Source: an uncultured cyanobacterium
GTDB lineage: Bacteria; Cyanobacteriota; Cyanobacteriia; Cyanobacteriales; CAWUOF01
NCBI GenBank assembly: GCA_963744145.1
Contig: CAVUSO010000001.1
Span: 7,168,001-7,232,000, forward strand
Reading direction: 5' to 3'
DNA: 64,000 nt
Shown: positions 29,457 through 42,627 of the stretch, piece by piece
Layout of the letters: each line of letters opens with the position of its first letter
Numbering within the stretch: position 1 is the first letter of the stretch
Notes under the pieces: model-generated
What the model saw: the letters and a program-made list of their open reading frames with translations, nothing else
The model's database searches: none
Told to the model about the DNA's origin: nothing
Program-made: the position numbers and the translations under genes

Positions 29457-31000
29457 TAACCATTGTTCCCCTAATTTTAGGATGTGGTAATATTTATCCT
29501 GCATTAGCACAATCCATTATTCCTGCTAGCAAAGCTACTGGCACGTTAGTTACACCTATAGGGAATAAATATAATATTAATGGTGGTACTCTGTCGGGCG
29601 ATCGCACCAACCTATTCCACAGTTTTGATAAGTTCGGACTTTCCGCAGGTGAAACAGCAAATTTTATATCTAATCCCCAAATTTGGAATATTTTAGGGAG
29701 AGTGACGGGGGGAAATGCTTCCTTAATTAACGGACTAATCCAAGTAACAGGAGGGAAGTCTAACTTATTCTTAATTAATCCTGCGGGAATTGTCTTTGGC
29801 ACTAATGCAAGTTTAAATGTGCCTGGCTCTTTTACAGCAACCACAGCGACAGGAATTGGATTTAGCAATAATCAATGGTTCAATGCTTTTGGCTATAATA
29901 ATTATAGTAATTTAATTGGAACGCCATCACAATTTGCCTTTGATTTAGCGAAATCAGGAAATATTATCAACGCGGCACACTTAACAGTACCAGTGGGAGA
30001 AAATTTAACCTTACTAGGTGGTAGTGTAATTAATACTGGACAATTGACTGCGCCGACCGGAAATATTACGATTACTGCTGTCCCAAATCAGAATATAGTA
30101 AAAATATCCCAACCCGGAAATATTCTAAGTTTAGAAATTACACCACCAAGAGATACTACTGGTCAAATCTTGCCAATCAATCCCGTCGATTTACCGACAT
30201 TGCTAACGGGAACATCTAAAAATATAGATACAGGTTTGAGCGTCAATCCAATTGGTAATGTCCAATTAAACCAGTCCCGCATAATTTTGCCTAATCTCCC
30301 AGGATTAGCAATTACAACAGGGAATATTTCAGTAGCAGGAATAACTGGAAATTCAGTAGGGGGAAATGTCAATATTTTGGGCGACAAAGTAGGAGTATTT
30401 AATAGCAATATAGATGCTTCTGGTATTGCGGGAGGGGGAACAGTAAGAATTGGAGGAGATTATCAAGGAGGAGGAACTTTACCCCATGCAACTCAAACGA
30501 TCATTGCGATCGACACTAATATTAATGCTAATGCTACAGATACAGGAAATGGTGGCAAAGTAATAGTTTGGTCAGATAATTTAACCCAATATTATGGGAA
30601 TATAACTGCCCGTGGTGGCATAAATGGTGGGGATGGCGGATTAGTAGAAACTTCAGGAAAAGACTTACTGATTTTTACAGGTGGAGTAGATGCGGGTGCA
30701 ACATTAGGAAAACCAGGAACTTTACTACTTGATCCTAAAAATATCACGATTACTAGTTCTAGCTCACCCCTAGCAACGATTTTAAACTCCTATCCTGCTG
30801 TAGCAGGTGGCATCTTCGGTAATTCAGTAGCCACAGATGGAAACAACCTACTGGTTGGGGCACCATATAATACATCGGGGGGATTCACAGGAGGAGGACA
30901 AGCCTTTTTGTTTAATACTAGTGGGTCACTTCTGCAAACTTTCAATAATCCCAATCCTGTAACATATGGCAACTTCGGCGCTTCAGTAGCTATATCAGGA

Positions 31001-32907
31001 CAGCAATTCTCATTTTGAAAAAAATCAGAGAAAATTCTCTTATTTAAATAGAGAACTTGTGTCGAAGCATGATTTTTTGACAGATAATTATCATCCGACG
31101 CTGAAGATAGACAAGTTTTCAGAAATTTGTCCATGAAAAATCGATTTCAACTGATACATCCAGATGAAATTCTCACCCATTTTTTAGGTTTTTTTTGATA
31201 AAAAAGTACGGGCGTATTGCAATACGCCCCTACCCTTCCTCTTTCAATATATTGATATTTTTCAACTAGAATTTAGTTTTTTTAATGGGACATTCTCGGT
31301 GAGAATAAATGAGAATAAATCTGACCAATTTTTGAACCATAAATATTTTAATAAGGTCCGAATATCCTTAAAGAAAGTAGTAGGGGCGTATGGCAATACG
31401 CCCGTACTAATAGGTCACGAACTTTTTGATAGATGTAATTAACTAAATCCAAAACAGTATGAAATAAAAAAGCTAGTAAATTCAAAGACAATAATAACTC
31501 GCACAAATGATTTTCACCATGACCAAAGTTATGCTCTAAATTATAACCGTGATTTTTAAGAACGTTATTACTTTCATTCTCAACTTTCCATCTGCTGCGC
31601 CCAGCTTTGACAATTTCTTCAATATTATTTTCAGTGATTTTATGATTAGTGATCCAATTATTTTGGTAGATAATTTTCTGTGTTTCCTCATTAATAACAG
31701 TCACTTCGTACCAATTAACTTCGAGACTTGATTCTTCATCTTTTAAGGGAACTCTATTAGCATAGCGATAACGATACAGGAGATTTTTTCGCCCATCCCA
31801 TTGGGGCTTTTTAATGGTAGTAACTTCTCCACTTTTTTCTAAAAACTCTAGCCATTCATATAAAGTTTTATGCGAAGTTTCTCGACCAACAAAAATAAAA
31901 TTATATCCTTGTTTTAGAGCTAATTCACAAATAGGTTGGTGGGCATATAAGTCATCCCCTAAAAGGGTTACAGGATAACCATATTTATTTTGATGATTCT
32001 TATTCAACCATCTTTTAACCGCCGCATTTTCACAATCTTGTTTTTGATGACCATCCAGGTTTTTAATAAATTCTGGCGCTAAACTAATCACTTGGTTTTG
32101 ATTAGGAGAAACTACAATAGGTGTAACACAGCTATGAAAATAAGTGGTAGTTCCATTGCGATGATTACGACGGTTACAATGAGGACAATTTATTTTCTGT
32201 GATGAAAAATATTCGGTGCCATCTAAAGCCATTAAAATTTCTTCATCTAAGTAGAGAAACTTTTTCAAAACTCCGTTTTTATTTAACCATTCATAGACTT
32301 CTTGAAAAGCCATAAATATAGTAGCTGCTGGCACCGGATCTAACAAATTTCTGATTTGATTATCACAGGGAATTTTCTTAATTGAAAATAAACTTTCTGC
32401 GTTATCTTTTCCTTTATTGCTTTTCATTAACCGCTGATGGTCTAAAAAAGATGCTGACTGAGTAAAAAAGATTGAAAATGCAGCCATCACTGCATCTTCT
32501 ACCTGGTATTTCGTATTATTTCCAGGTTTCCTTTCATCAGGTAAGTCATGTAATTGTTGACGTAAAAATTCGATTAATTCAGGGATTTCTAGGGTCGCTG
32601 CTTTTTGAGCCATGTTTGAGTAATTTAACGTGCTGTCAGATTTTTAACTCACCGATTATACCTCATCTGATCACAATTATAAATTTTTATTTTCCTTGAA
32701 TTCCCTATTCTAAAAACCGAACTATCAAACTGGATTTCCCTCGTTCGTTGTCAGGCCATCCTCGATTCTATTGAGTATTTATACTTAGATATTGACCCAA
32801 TTGTTTTTTAGCCATTGCCTCTGCCTGAAAAACTGGTTATTTTGTACTATATTTTCAATTCCCAAATCGGGATTAATACTCTATTTTTTTTAAAATGAGA
32901 ATTGCTG
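31001..32907 (-). mobile_element. 1907-bp DDE insertion sequence (ISNCY-like), copy A; transposase 32613-31348
   Basis: TIR CAGCAATTCTCATTTT, 9-bp duplication ATATCAGGA (30992-31000 and 32908-32916), motifs ALDGT, GDDLY, RWKVENE. Confidence 0.93.
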
Positions 32908-32916
32908 ATATCAGGA

Positions 32917-33780
32917 AGCAACCTATTGGTTGGGGCATATGGTAACACATCGGGGGGATACTCCCAAGCAGGACAAGCCTTTTTGTTTAATACTAGTGGG
33001 ACGCTGTTGCACACTTTTGATAACCCCAATCCTCTAACAGGTGGCGAATTTGGCTATGCAGTAGCTATATCAGGAAGCAACCTACTGGTTGGGGCATCAA
33101 GTAACACATCGGGGGGAGTCTCACAAGCAGGACAAGCCTTTTTGTTTAATCCCAGTGGGACGCTGTTACAAACTTTTGATAACCCCAATCCAGTATCATC
33201 TGGCAACTTCGGCTTATCAGTAGCTATATCAGAAAATAACCTACTAGTTGGGGCACCATTCAACACATCGGGGGGAGCCACAACAGCAGGACAAGCCTTT
33301 TTGTTTAATATCAGTGGGACGCTATTGCAAACTTTTGATAACCCCAATCCAGTATCAGCTGGCAACTTCGGCTTATTAGTAGCTATATCAGGAAGCAACC
33401 TAATGGTTGGGGCACCACTGAACACATCGAAGGGAATCTCACAAGCAGGACAAGCCTTTTTGTTTAATACCAGTGGGACGCTGTTGCAAACTTTTGATAA
33501 CCCTAATCCTGTCCTAAATGGCAAGTTTGGCACTTCAGTAGCTATATCAGGAAGCAACCTAATGGTTGGAGCAAATCAAAACACATCGGGGGGAGTCTCA
33601 CAAGCAGGACAAGCCTTTTTGTTTAATACCAGTGGGACGCTGTTGCAAACTTTTGATAACCCTAATCCTGTCCTAAATGGCAACTTCGGCTATTCAGTAG
33701 CTATATCAGGAAGCAACCTCCTGGTTGCAGCATATAAAAACACATCGGGGGGAGTCTCACAAGCAGGACAAGTGTTTTTT
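32917..33780 (+). repeat. 159-bp coding tandem repeats (FG-GAP-like blades 2-7; blade 1 at ~30800-31000)
   Basis: Unit starts at 32917 and 33076 are 159 bp apart. Consensus [53 protein letters not shown]. Confidence 0.9.
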
Positions 33781-35660
33781 GGTAGTCCGACCTATCCAGG
33801 AGTATTGTCTTTTAGTGATAATCCCAGTGCTTCAGCTAATGTTAATCCTACTGATATTAATAATGTTACCAACACAGGTACTAATGTGGTACTCCAGGCA
33901 TACAATGATATTACGGTAAACAATAACGTTATTACCTCTGCGGGGGGAAATGGTGGCGCACTTACTCTGCAAGCAGGACGCAGTATTCTAGTTAATGCAA
34001 ACATCACCACTGATAACGGGAATTTAACTCTAGTAGCGAATGAAACTGCCGCTAATGGAGTGCAAAGTCAATATCGAGATCCTGGTTTTGCTAATATTAC
34101 TGTTACACCTGGAGTAACGCTTAACTCTGGTACGGGTGATACCACGATTCGGATTAATACGGGTACCGCTACAGGTAGTAGTGGGAATATTAGTTTGCAA
34201 AATATCACTGCCAAAAATTTGCTGGTAGAGAACTTAGGGTTTGGCAACAGTAGCATTATATTAAATACTGCTCTTACTCCCACCGGAAATGTTACCCTAA
34301 CTGCCAATGGTGATGTGACGACTCAGGCGATTACAACTCCGGGTAATAATATTAGTATTACGAGCAATTTAGGCCAAATCGATACTACTGGTGGCACCCT
34401 TGATACTAGCTCAACAGGTCAGGGTGGAAATGTGACTTTAACAGCATCTACTCTTGACGTGATGACAGGTAATATTAATAGTAATTCGACCGGGAGTGGT
34501 ACAGGAGGAAATATCACGATTACCAGTGGAGCTGCGATCGATACTACTTTAGGAACGCTAAATTCTAGTTCAGGGACAGGAAAAGGTGGAGATATTACCT
34601 TTAATGCGAATAGCAATATCGAGATTGCTAATCTGAGTACAAATAGCAATCTTAGTAGTGGAGCCGCAGGAAATATTACTCTCACTACTACTGACGGGTT
34701 AATTACGAATCCGGCTGGAAGAATTAATGCAACTTCAAATTCAGGTAATGGCGGAAATATCTCCCTAATGAGTACCAGCGATATTATTATCAATAATAAT
34801 ATCAATAGCAATTCTAATGGGATAGGAAAAGGAGGAGATATTTCTTTCACTAGCACTCAGGGTGCGGTCCAAATTAATTCTTTAAATTCAACTTCAGCAT
34901 TTGGGAATGGTGGTAATTTAACTATTAGTGCTGCTAACAATATTAAGGGATTACTGCTCTTTGCTGATGCGACTAAAGGTCAGGGAGGAAATATTAGTCT
35001 TAATAGCACTACTGGAGCGATTAACGTAAGTTTGCTCAGTGCTAATTCTAATAATTCTCAAGGTGGAACCTTATTTCTAAAAGCGAATGGTAATATCACT
35101 ACCGGAGATTTAAGTGCTAAAGGGATTACGGGGATAAGTCAAGGTGGTCAGACTTCTATTATCAGTAAAAATGCCGCGATCGCTGTAGGCAATATTACCA
35201 CAACTGGTGCGACAAGTGGGGGAAATATCTCCTTACAAGCTAGCACCCAAATTACTACTAAACAAATTGATTCTAGCAGTATTAATGGAGCAGGTGGTAA
35301 TGTACTAATTGACCCCACGGGAGATGTACAAGTGAGTAATATTAATACCTCTGGTGGTACAACTGGAGGTAATGTAGATATTACCGCAGGTAAAAATTTG
35401 CGAGTAAATGTACCCCTAACTACAGCTAATTGTGGCACGGTAAGTATTTGCACGATTGGTAATACTCAAGGAGGAAATATATTTCTTAGACATGGTGGGG
35501 ATGGGGTAACTCCTTTTACCGTGGGAGATGCAACTATCAATGGTACTGCTAGTGCAATAGATAAGGGAAATAGTCCGGAACAAACCATTACTAGCGGTTC
35601 ATTCTTTTCTACTCAATTACAAGATAATGGTACATTAGGAATTATTACTAATACTCCTTC

Positions 35661-35870
35661 CACACCCACACCCACACCCACACCAATACCCACACCCACA
35701 CCCACACCCACATTTACACCCATACCCATATCAACACCCACACCCACACCCACATTTACACCCATACCCATACCCATATCAACACCCACACCCACACCCA
35801 CATTTACACCCACACCCACACCCACATTTACACCCACCCCCATACCCATATCAACACCCATATCAACACC
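35661..35870 (+). repeat. (Thr-Pro)n linker encoded by CACACC-type hexamer repeats
   Basis: acacccacacccaca... runs with TPTF and PIS variants. Confidence 0.9.
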
Positions 35871-37323
35871 TATATCCTCCAATAGCGATCGCAGTAATTT
35901 AGTAATTAATCCAGTCGATTTAACCAAATTACAAAATCTCAAGTCTTCATCATTGCTAGACAGTGATACTTCTGAAAATCTCGCGATCGATAAATCGATC
36001 AGCCAAGATTATACTCAATATTTTGGTCTGACTAATTTTCCAGAAGTTAGTGTGAGCAAAGTTCAAGCATCTCTGGTCAATATTGAAAATAATACAGGGA
36101 TTAAACCAGCCATTATTTATGCTTTTTTTGTGCCTAGTACCATTACACCTATTCCCAGTAAAAATGGGATCAATCTAACTAATGAGCAATTAGATAATAA
36201 GTTAAGTTTATTACACCCTACCCAACCGGAGCAACAAGATCGCTTAGAGTTGATTTTAATTACCGCCACATCCAAACCAATTCGTAAATCAATTAATGTG
36301 ACTAGAGCGCAAGTGATCGAGACAGCAACTAAGTTTCAAAATGCAGTAACAAATAAAATCGTTATAGATGAATATCTTAGTCCGGCTCAACAAATGTATC
36401 AATGGTTAGTCGCACCTTTAAACAGCGAACTACAACAATTGAAAATTAAGAATTTGGTCTATATTATGGATGCTAAACTTCGCACTATTCCTTTAGCAGC
36501 TATGCACGATGGTAAAAGTTTTATCATTGAACACTATAGTGTGGGATTGATGCCAAGTTTTGCCCTGACTGACCCTAGTCACCAAGATATTCACCAGGCT
36601 AAATTACTGGCAATGGGTAGCACTAATTTCTCAGATATTTTCCATCTTAATACTTTACCATCAGTCAAAGAAGAAGTAGATTTGGCACATCAAATTTGGG
36701 GAGGTAAATCTTTTCTGAATGACGAATTTACCCTAGAAAACTTAAAATCCCAACGAGAACATACTCCCTTTAGAATCGTCCATTTAGCTACTCATGCTGA
36801 TTTTAATCCCGGTACAGCAACTGACTCTTATCTTTATTTTGCTAAAGAACGATTACCGTTACCTAATTTACGTTCAATTAAATGGAATAATCCCCCAGTG
36901 GAACTATTAGTTTTAAGTGCTTGTCGGACCGCGATAGGAGATGAAAACGCCGAATTAGGTTTTGCGGGATTAGCAGTTCAAACTGGGGTAAAATCAGCGT
37001 TAGCCTCCTTGTGGTATATTTCCGATGAAGGTACTCTGGGATTAATGACAGAGTTTTATCAGCAATTAAAAACGGCACCAATTAAAGCCGAAGCTTTACG
37101 TCGCGCTCAGTTAGCAATGATGCGAGGTGAAGTGCGTTTGGAATCCGGAAAGTTAGTCACTAGTCAGCAATCCTTTCCCTTACCTCCTGAGTTAGTGAAG
37201 TTGCATCACCAATTAAGTCATCCTTATTATTGGAGTGGGTTTACAATTATTGGTAATCCTTGGTAAATTCACCAACGCGATCGACCTTGGTCTTTAGACC
37301 GATTCTCCTGATGAGAGATGGGG

Positions 37324-37480
37324 CAATACGGTTCGGTTAAGTGTAGGGGCATAGCATTCGGGCGATAATTGAGCGCTTAAACTTTACCCTGAGCGGAGTC
37401 GAAGGGGAGTAATATTAGACCCGAATGCTTCGCCCTTCTTCGCCGATATCCCCCAAAATATTCTTAACTGAACTGTATTG
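37324..37480. mobile_element. MITE with CAATACGGTTCGGTTAAG ends, containing REP hairpins
   Basis: CAATACGGTTCGGTTAAG...CTTAACTGAACTGTATTG, with an internal ccctgagcggagtcgaaggg. Further GTAG-type REPs follow to ~37560. Confidence 0.75.
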
Positions 37481-37679
37481 CCACAACCCGTAGGGGCGAA
37501 TGGTATTCGCCCCAATTCAAACCTGACTGAGAAGAGGGCAAATGGCCATTGGCCCCTACCTGGAAATCGGTAGAATAGCGATCGCCCACCACCAAAAATC
37601 AGATCAATACGCGATTACCTACGGTACACTACATGAACGCAATTATAATGAGAATGAGCGGAGCTAGTCAGTAAATGGG

Positions 37680-38267
37680 ATGGTGAGAAAGATGACCGCA
37701 GTAGCAACAAAACCAACAAGAAAGCAATTCACGGTAGAGGAATATTACAAGCTGGGTGAGTTGGGGATGCTTCGGGATGGTAGAACAGAACTAATTGATG
37801 GGGATATTATTTATATGGCACCGATGGGTACTCGTCATTTAAGCTGTGTTGGTCGTTTACTGAAAATGTTCTTTAATACTTTAGGCGATCGTGCCACAAT
37901 CTTGTCACAAACCCCGGTTAGACTAAACGGAAGATTAGAACCGGAACCCGATGTATCAATCTTGAAACCTCGTGCTGATTGTTACATAGATATACATCCC
38001 CAACCCCAAGATGTATACCTATTAATAGAAGTATCAGTTACTACAGTTGACCATGATCGTAATGTGAAATCAGTGCGTTATGGTAGAGCAGGAGTTATTG
38101 AACTTTGGATCATAGACATAGAAGCCCAATTAGTTGAAGTTTATCGCAATCCTAACGCTAATGGTTATGAAAGTATCCAACAATTTAGACCCGGTGAAAG
38201 TATCTCACCCCTAGCTTTTAGTGACATAGTAATCAGCGTTGACGAGATTTTATGGACTAATAGATAA
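37680..38267 (+). CDS. Uma2 family endonuclease, cassette 5
   Basis: Same motifs and the same upstream leader and downstream tail as the other copies. Confidence 0.92.
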   Translation: MVRKMTAVATKPTRKQFTVEEYYKLGELGMLRDGRTELIDGDIIYMAPMGTRHLSCVGRLLKMFFNTLGDRATILSQTPVRLNGRLEPEPDVSILKPRADCYIDIHPQPQDVYLLIEVSVTTVDHDRNVKSVRYGRAGVIELWIIDIEAQLVEVYRNPNANGYESIQQFRPGESISPLAFSDIVISVDEILWTNR

Positions 38268-39488
38268 AAAACTAATCAACCGGATTCAATTGCTACACAT
38301 AAAGCTAATTAAACTGTTAATCCAATCAAACTTTTAGCAACTTTTTGACGTTGACTTTTGCAGATAATTTGCAGACTGGCTGGAGGTGCTAAAGTTACCC
38401 CACGACGTACAGGATTGAGAGGACGTTGATGAGGTAATTCTAGGTCATAATTCAACATAATTGTTGCTAATGCTAACTTCATTTCAAACTGTGCTAGTGC
38501 CATTCCAATACAACGACGATTACCACCACCAAACGGGATATATTCATAATTAGAAAACTGACGTTCGAGAAAACGTTCCGGTTGAAAAAGATGAGGTTGG
38601 GGATATATATCTTCGCGATGATGGACTAAATAAATACAGCTCATAAAAATCGTTTCTGCATCATAATCACGATCCATGATCGTGATCGGAGATTTAGTCA
38701 TGCGTGGAAACGTGATCATTGCAACTGGATAAATTCTTAGTGTTTCTGAACAAACTGCACTTAAATATGGGAGTTTAGCGATCGCAGTTGGTTCGGGATT
38801 ATCCCCAAGAGTTTCTAATTCAGCTAGTAGCTTTTCTTTGACTTCTGGAATATAATGAACCCAATATAAAGCCCAGGCTAAAGCTGAAGCAGTAGTTTCG
38901 TGACCAGCAAATAATAAGGTGATTAATTCATCATGTAATTCCTCATCACTCATTGACTGACCAACTGCATCAACTGCTGACATCAGCAGAGTCAAAATAT
39001 CAGTACAGTTAGAATCAAGATTTTTCCGGCGATCGCTAATTTCAGCATACAGTAATTGATCTACTTGCTGCTGTCGGCGCAGAAAGCGTCCCCAAGGACT
39101 CCAAGGACCTAAATCTTTTTGCAGAGATGGCAGAAAAATCATACTAGCACTTAAGGGAGAACTTAGAGTATCAACTGTCTCAGTAAGGAGCTTTTGGAAC
39201 TGTTCATAGCGATCGCCTTCTTTCATCCCAAAAACTGCATCTAAAATTACTTTCAATGTGATCTGTTGGGTAGCTGCACGTACATAAAAAGGTTTACCAA
39301 TCTGGTTGCGACCAATTACTTGATTAGCTAAATTACAGATTAATTCACCATAGGAACGCATTCGATCGCCATGAAAGGGAGGAGTTAGTAATTGGCGTTG
39401 ACGTAAATGGCTAGTACCATCTAACATGAGCAGGGAATGTTCTCCCAATAAGAATTTTAAAATTCTATTCAATCGACCAATCTCAAAT

Positions 39489-40639
39489 AGACATCTCCAT
39501 AATATAATGAAAAACCAAAAATATGGTATAATGATCTAGAACATTAATGGAGTAATTACTAAAATGAGTAATTATACTTGGGAATACATCCAAAAAAACC
39601 AGAAGGAAACTAAACGATTATTGGGAATTAATTATAACCAATTAGAACAGTTGATAGAATATGCTTTAATTTTGCATGACCAAAAAGAACAAGAACAAGA
39701 AGAACAGAAAGTAAGAATAATTAAATCAGGAGGAGGGAGAGAATCAAAACTAGAAAAAAAAGAGCAAATCATTTTAACCTTAGTCTATCTTAGACATCAT
39801 CTAAATTTTCAATTATTAGGATTGATGTTTCAAGTAAGTGAATCAACTGCTCATAAGATTTTTCACTATTGGCAACAAATATTAAGAGAAGCTTTGCCAT
39901 GTTCTCTATTAGAACAAGTAAAAAAGTTTGAGGAAAATTCATCAGAAATCCTGGAAAAACTTACTGATTATGAACTAATAGTAGACAGCGAAGAACAGCC
40001 AATAGAAAGGGCTTTGTCTTATGAGGAGCAGAAAAAATATTACTCAGGTAAAAAGAAAAATCATACTTTTAAAAACCAAGTGATCAGTCTACCAAAAGCT
40101 AAAGATATTGTCGATGTAGTAGCAGGAGAACCAGGACCTACAAGTGACATAAAAATATGTAGAGAAACTTTAAGTAAATTTTCAAAAACCCAAAAATTTA
40201 GTGGAGATAAAGCTTACATAGGAGAAGAACAAATTAAAACACCAGCCAAAAAACCGAAAGGGGGTGAATTAACTCAATCACAAAAAGAAACAAATAAAGA
40301 GATCTCATCAGAGAGAATATTTGTCGAACATTTAATTAGAATTATCAAAATATTTAGGATAATGCAAGAGAGATTTAGATTAAGTAAAATCAAATATAAA
40401 TCAATATTTTTAACGATTTGCGGGTTAGTAAGATTAAGAATAAATGCTTTACTTATTAAAGTAGTTAATCCGTCAGAAATAGATAAAGAAATCGAGATCA
40501 TAGTGAGTCATAGTTTTAACCTGAAATTGGATCAATGAAGTAAAACTACGAAAAATATACGTTTCAGCGATGATAAATTTAAACAGGAAAAACGCTAAAA
40601 TGCTTACCATAACTAGCTTATAAGTTTTAGGAGATGTCT
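39489..40639 (+). mobile_element. IS5-family (ISL2-like) element; transposase 39564-40538 intact
   Basis: Ends AGACATCTCC/GGAGATGTCT, 3-bp duplication AAT, motifs VDSEEQ, YYSGKKK, GDKAYIG, RIFVEH. Confidence 0.9.
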
Positions 40640-40720
40640 AATTGGTTCGCATCTGCTGTAAACAACTCCTGAATTGCTTGTGGATGACTTAAAAGTACCA
40701 GTGGTGGTGTACTTCCCCAA

Positions 40721-42627
40721 CAGCAATTCTCATTTTAAAAAAAATAGAGTATTAATCCCGATTTGGGAATTGAAAATATAGTACAAAATAACCAGTTTTT
40801 CAGGCAGAGGCAATGGCTAAAAAACAATTGGGTCAATATCTAAGTATAAATACTCAATAGAATCGAGGATGGCCTGACAACGAACGAGGGAAATCCAGTT
40901 TGATAGTTCGGTTTTTAGAATAGGGAATTCAAGGAAAATAAAAATTTATAATTGTGATCAGATGAGGTATAATCGGTGAGTTAAAAATCTGACAGCACGT
41001 TAAATTACTCAAACATGGCTCAAAAAGCAGCGACCCTAGAAATCCCTGAATTAATCGAATTTTTACGTCAACAATTACATGACTTACCTGATGAAAGGAA
41101 ACCTGGAAATAATACGAAATACCAGGTAGAAGATGCAGTGATGGCTGCATTTTCAATCTTTTTTACTCAGTCAGCATCTTTTTTAGACCATCAGCGGTTA
41201 ATGAAAAGCAATAAAGGAAAAGATAACGCAGAAAGTTTATTTTCAATTAAGAAAATTCCCTGTGATAATCAAATCAGAAATTTGTTAGATCCGGTGCCAG
41301 CAGCTACTATATTTATGGCTTTTCAAGAAGTCTATGAATGGTTAAATAAAAACGGAGTTTTGAAAAAGTTTCTCTACTTAGATGAAGAAATTTTAATGGC
41401 TTTAGATGGCACCGAATATTTTTCATCACAGAAAATAAATTGTCCTCATTGTAACCGTCGTAATCATCGCAATGGAACTACCACTTATTTTCATAGCTGT
41501 GTTACACCTATTGTAGTTTCTCCTAATCAAAACCAAGTGATTAGTTTAGCGCCAGAATTTATTAAAAACCTGGATGGTCATCAAAAACAAGATTGTGAAA
41601 ATGCGGCGGTTAAAAGATGGTTGAATAAGAATCATCAAAATAAATATGGTTATCCTGTAACCCTTTTAGGGGATGACTTATATGCCCACCAACCTATTTG
41701 TGAATTAGCTCTAAAACAAGGATATAATTTTATTTTTGTTGGTCGAGAAACTTCGCATAAAACTTTATATGAATGGCTAGAGTTTTTAGAAAAAAGTGGA
41801 GAAGTTACTACCATTAAAAAGCCCCAATGGGATGGGCGAAAAAATCTCCTGTATCGTTATCGCTATGCTAATAGAGTTCCCTTAAAAGATGAAGAATCAA
41901 GTCTCGAAGTTAATTGGTACGAAGTGACTGTTATTAATGAGGAAACACAGAAAATTATCTACCAAAATAATTGGATCACTAATCATAAAATCACTGAAAA
42001 TAATATTGAAGAAATTGTCAAAGCTGGGCGCAGCAGATGGAAAGTTGAGAATGAAAGTAATAACGTTCTTAAAAATCACGGTTATAATTTAGAGCATAAC
42101 TTTGGTCATGGTGAAAATCATTTGTGCGAGTTATTATTGTCTTTGAATTTACTAGCTTTTTTATTTCATACTGTTTTGGATTTAGTTAATTACATCTATC
42201 AAAAAGTTCGTGACCTATTAGTACGGGCGTATTGCCATACGCCCCTACTACTTTCTTTAAGGATATTCGGACCTTATTAAAATATTTATGGTTCAAAAAT
42301 TGGTCAGATTTATTCTCATTTATTCTCACCGAGAATGTCCCATTAAAAAAACTAAATTCTAGTTGAAAAATATCAATATATTGAAAGAGGAAGGGTAGGG
42401 GCGTATTGCAATACGCCCGTACTTTTTTATCAAAAAAAACCTAAAAAATGGGTGAGAATTTCATCTGGATGTATCAGTTGAAATCGATTTTTCATGGACA
42501 AATTTCTGAAAACTTGTCTATCTTCAGCGTCGGATGATAATTATCTGTCAAAAAATCATGCTTCGACACAAGTTCTCTATTTAAATAAGAGAATTTTCTC
42601 TGATTTTTTTCAAAATGAGAATTGCTG
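40721..42627 (+). mobile_element. 1907-bp DDE insertion sequence (ISNCY-like), copy B; transposase 41015-42280
   Basis: Same TIRs, length and translated protein as copy A, in the opposite orientation. 9-bp duplication CTTCCCCAA. Confidence 0.93.

Larger units (their letters stand above)
28268..37266 (+). pseudogene. Filamentous-haemagglutinin-N / FG-GAP-like repeat / CHAT domain protein interrupted by two IS elements
   Basis: Removing 28307-29456 plus 2 bp and 31001-32907 plus 9 bp gives one 1976-aa frame. It has a signal peptide MKYFFNLIKTGALTIVPLILG...PALAQ, then NLFHSF...LINPAGIVFG, seven 53-aa repeats, a TP linker and CHAT motifs [26 protein letters not shown]. Confidence 0.88.

Noticed and set aside
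32917..33780. Diversity-generating retroelement template/variable repeats
   Set aside because: All repeats are in-frame coding units, the differences do not look adenine-specific, and there is no reverse transcriptase in the window.
29494..35942. Antisense ORFs over the haemagglutinin gene (e.g. 33054-33557, 34419-34856, 35613-35942) and similar ones over DUF4335
   Set aside because: Shadow frames of repetitive Gly/Thr/Pro-rich coding sequence.
31001..42627. Composite transposon or inversion bounded by the two identical IS copies
   Set aside because: Each copy has its own matching 9-bp duplication, and both host genes are collinear on either side.
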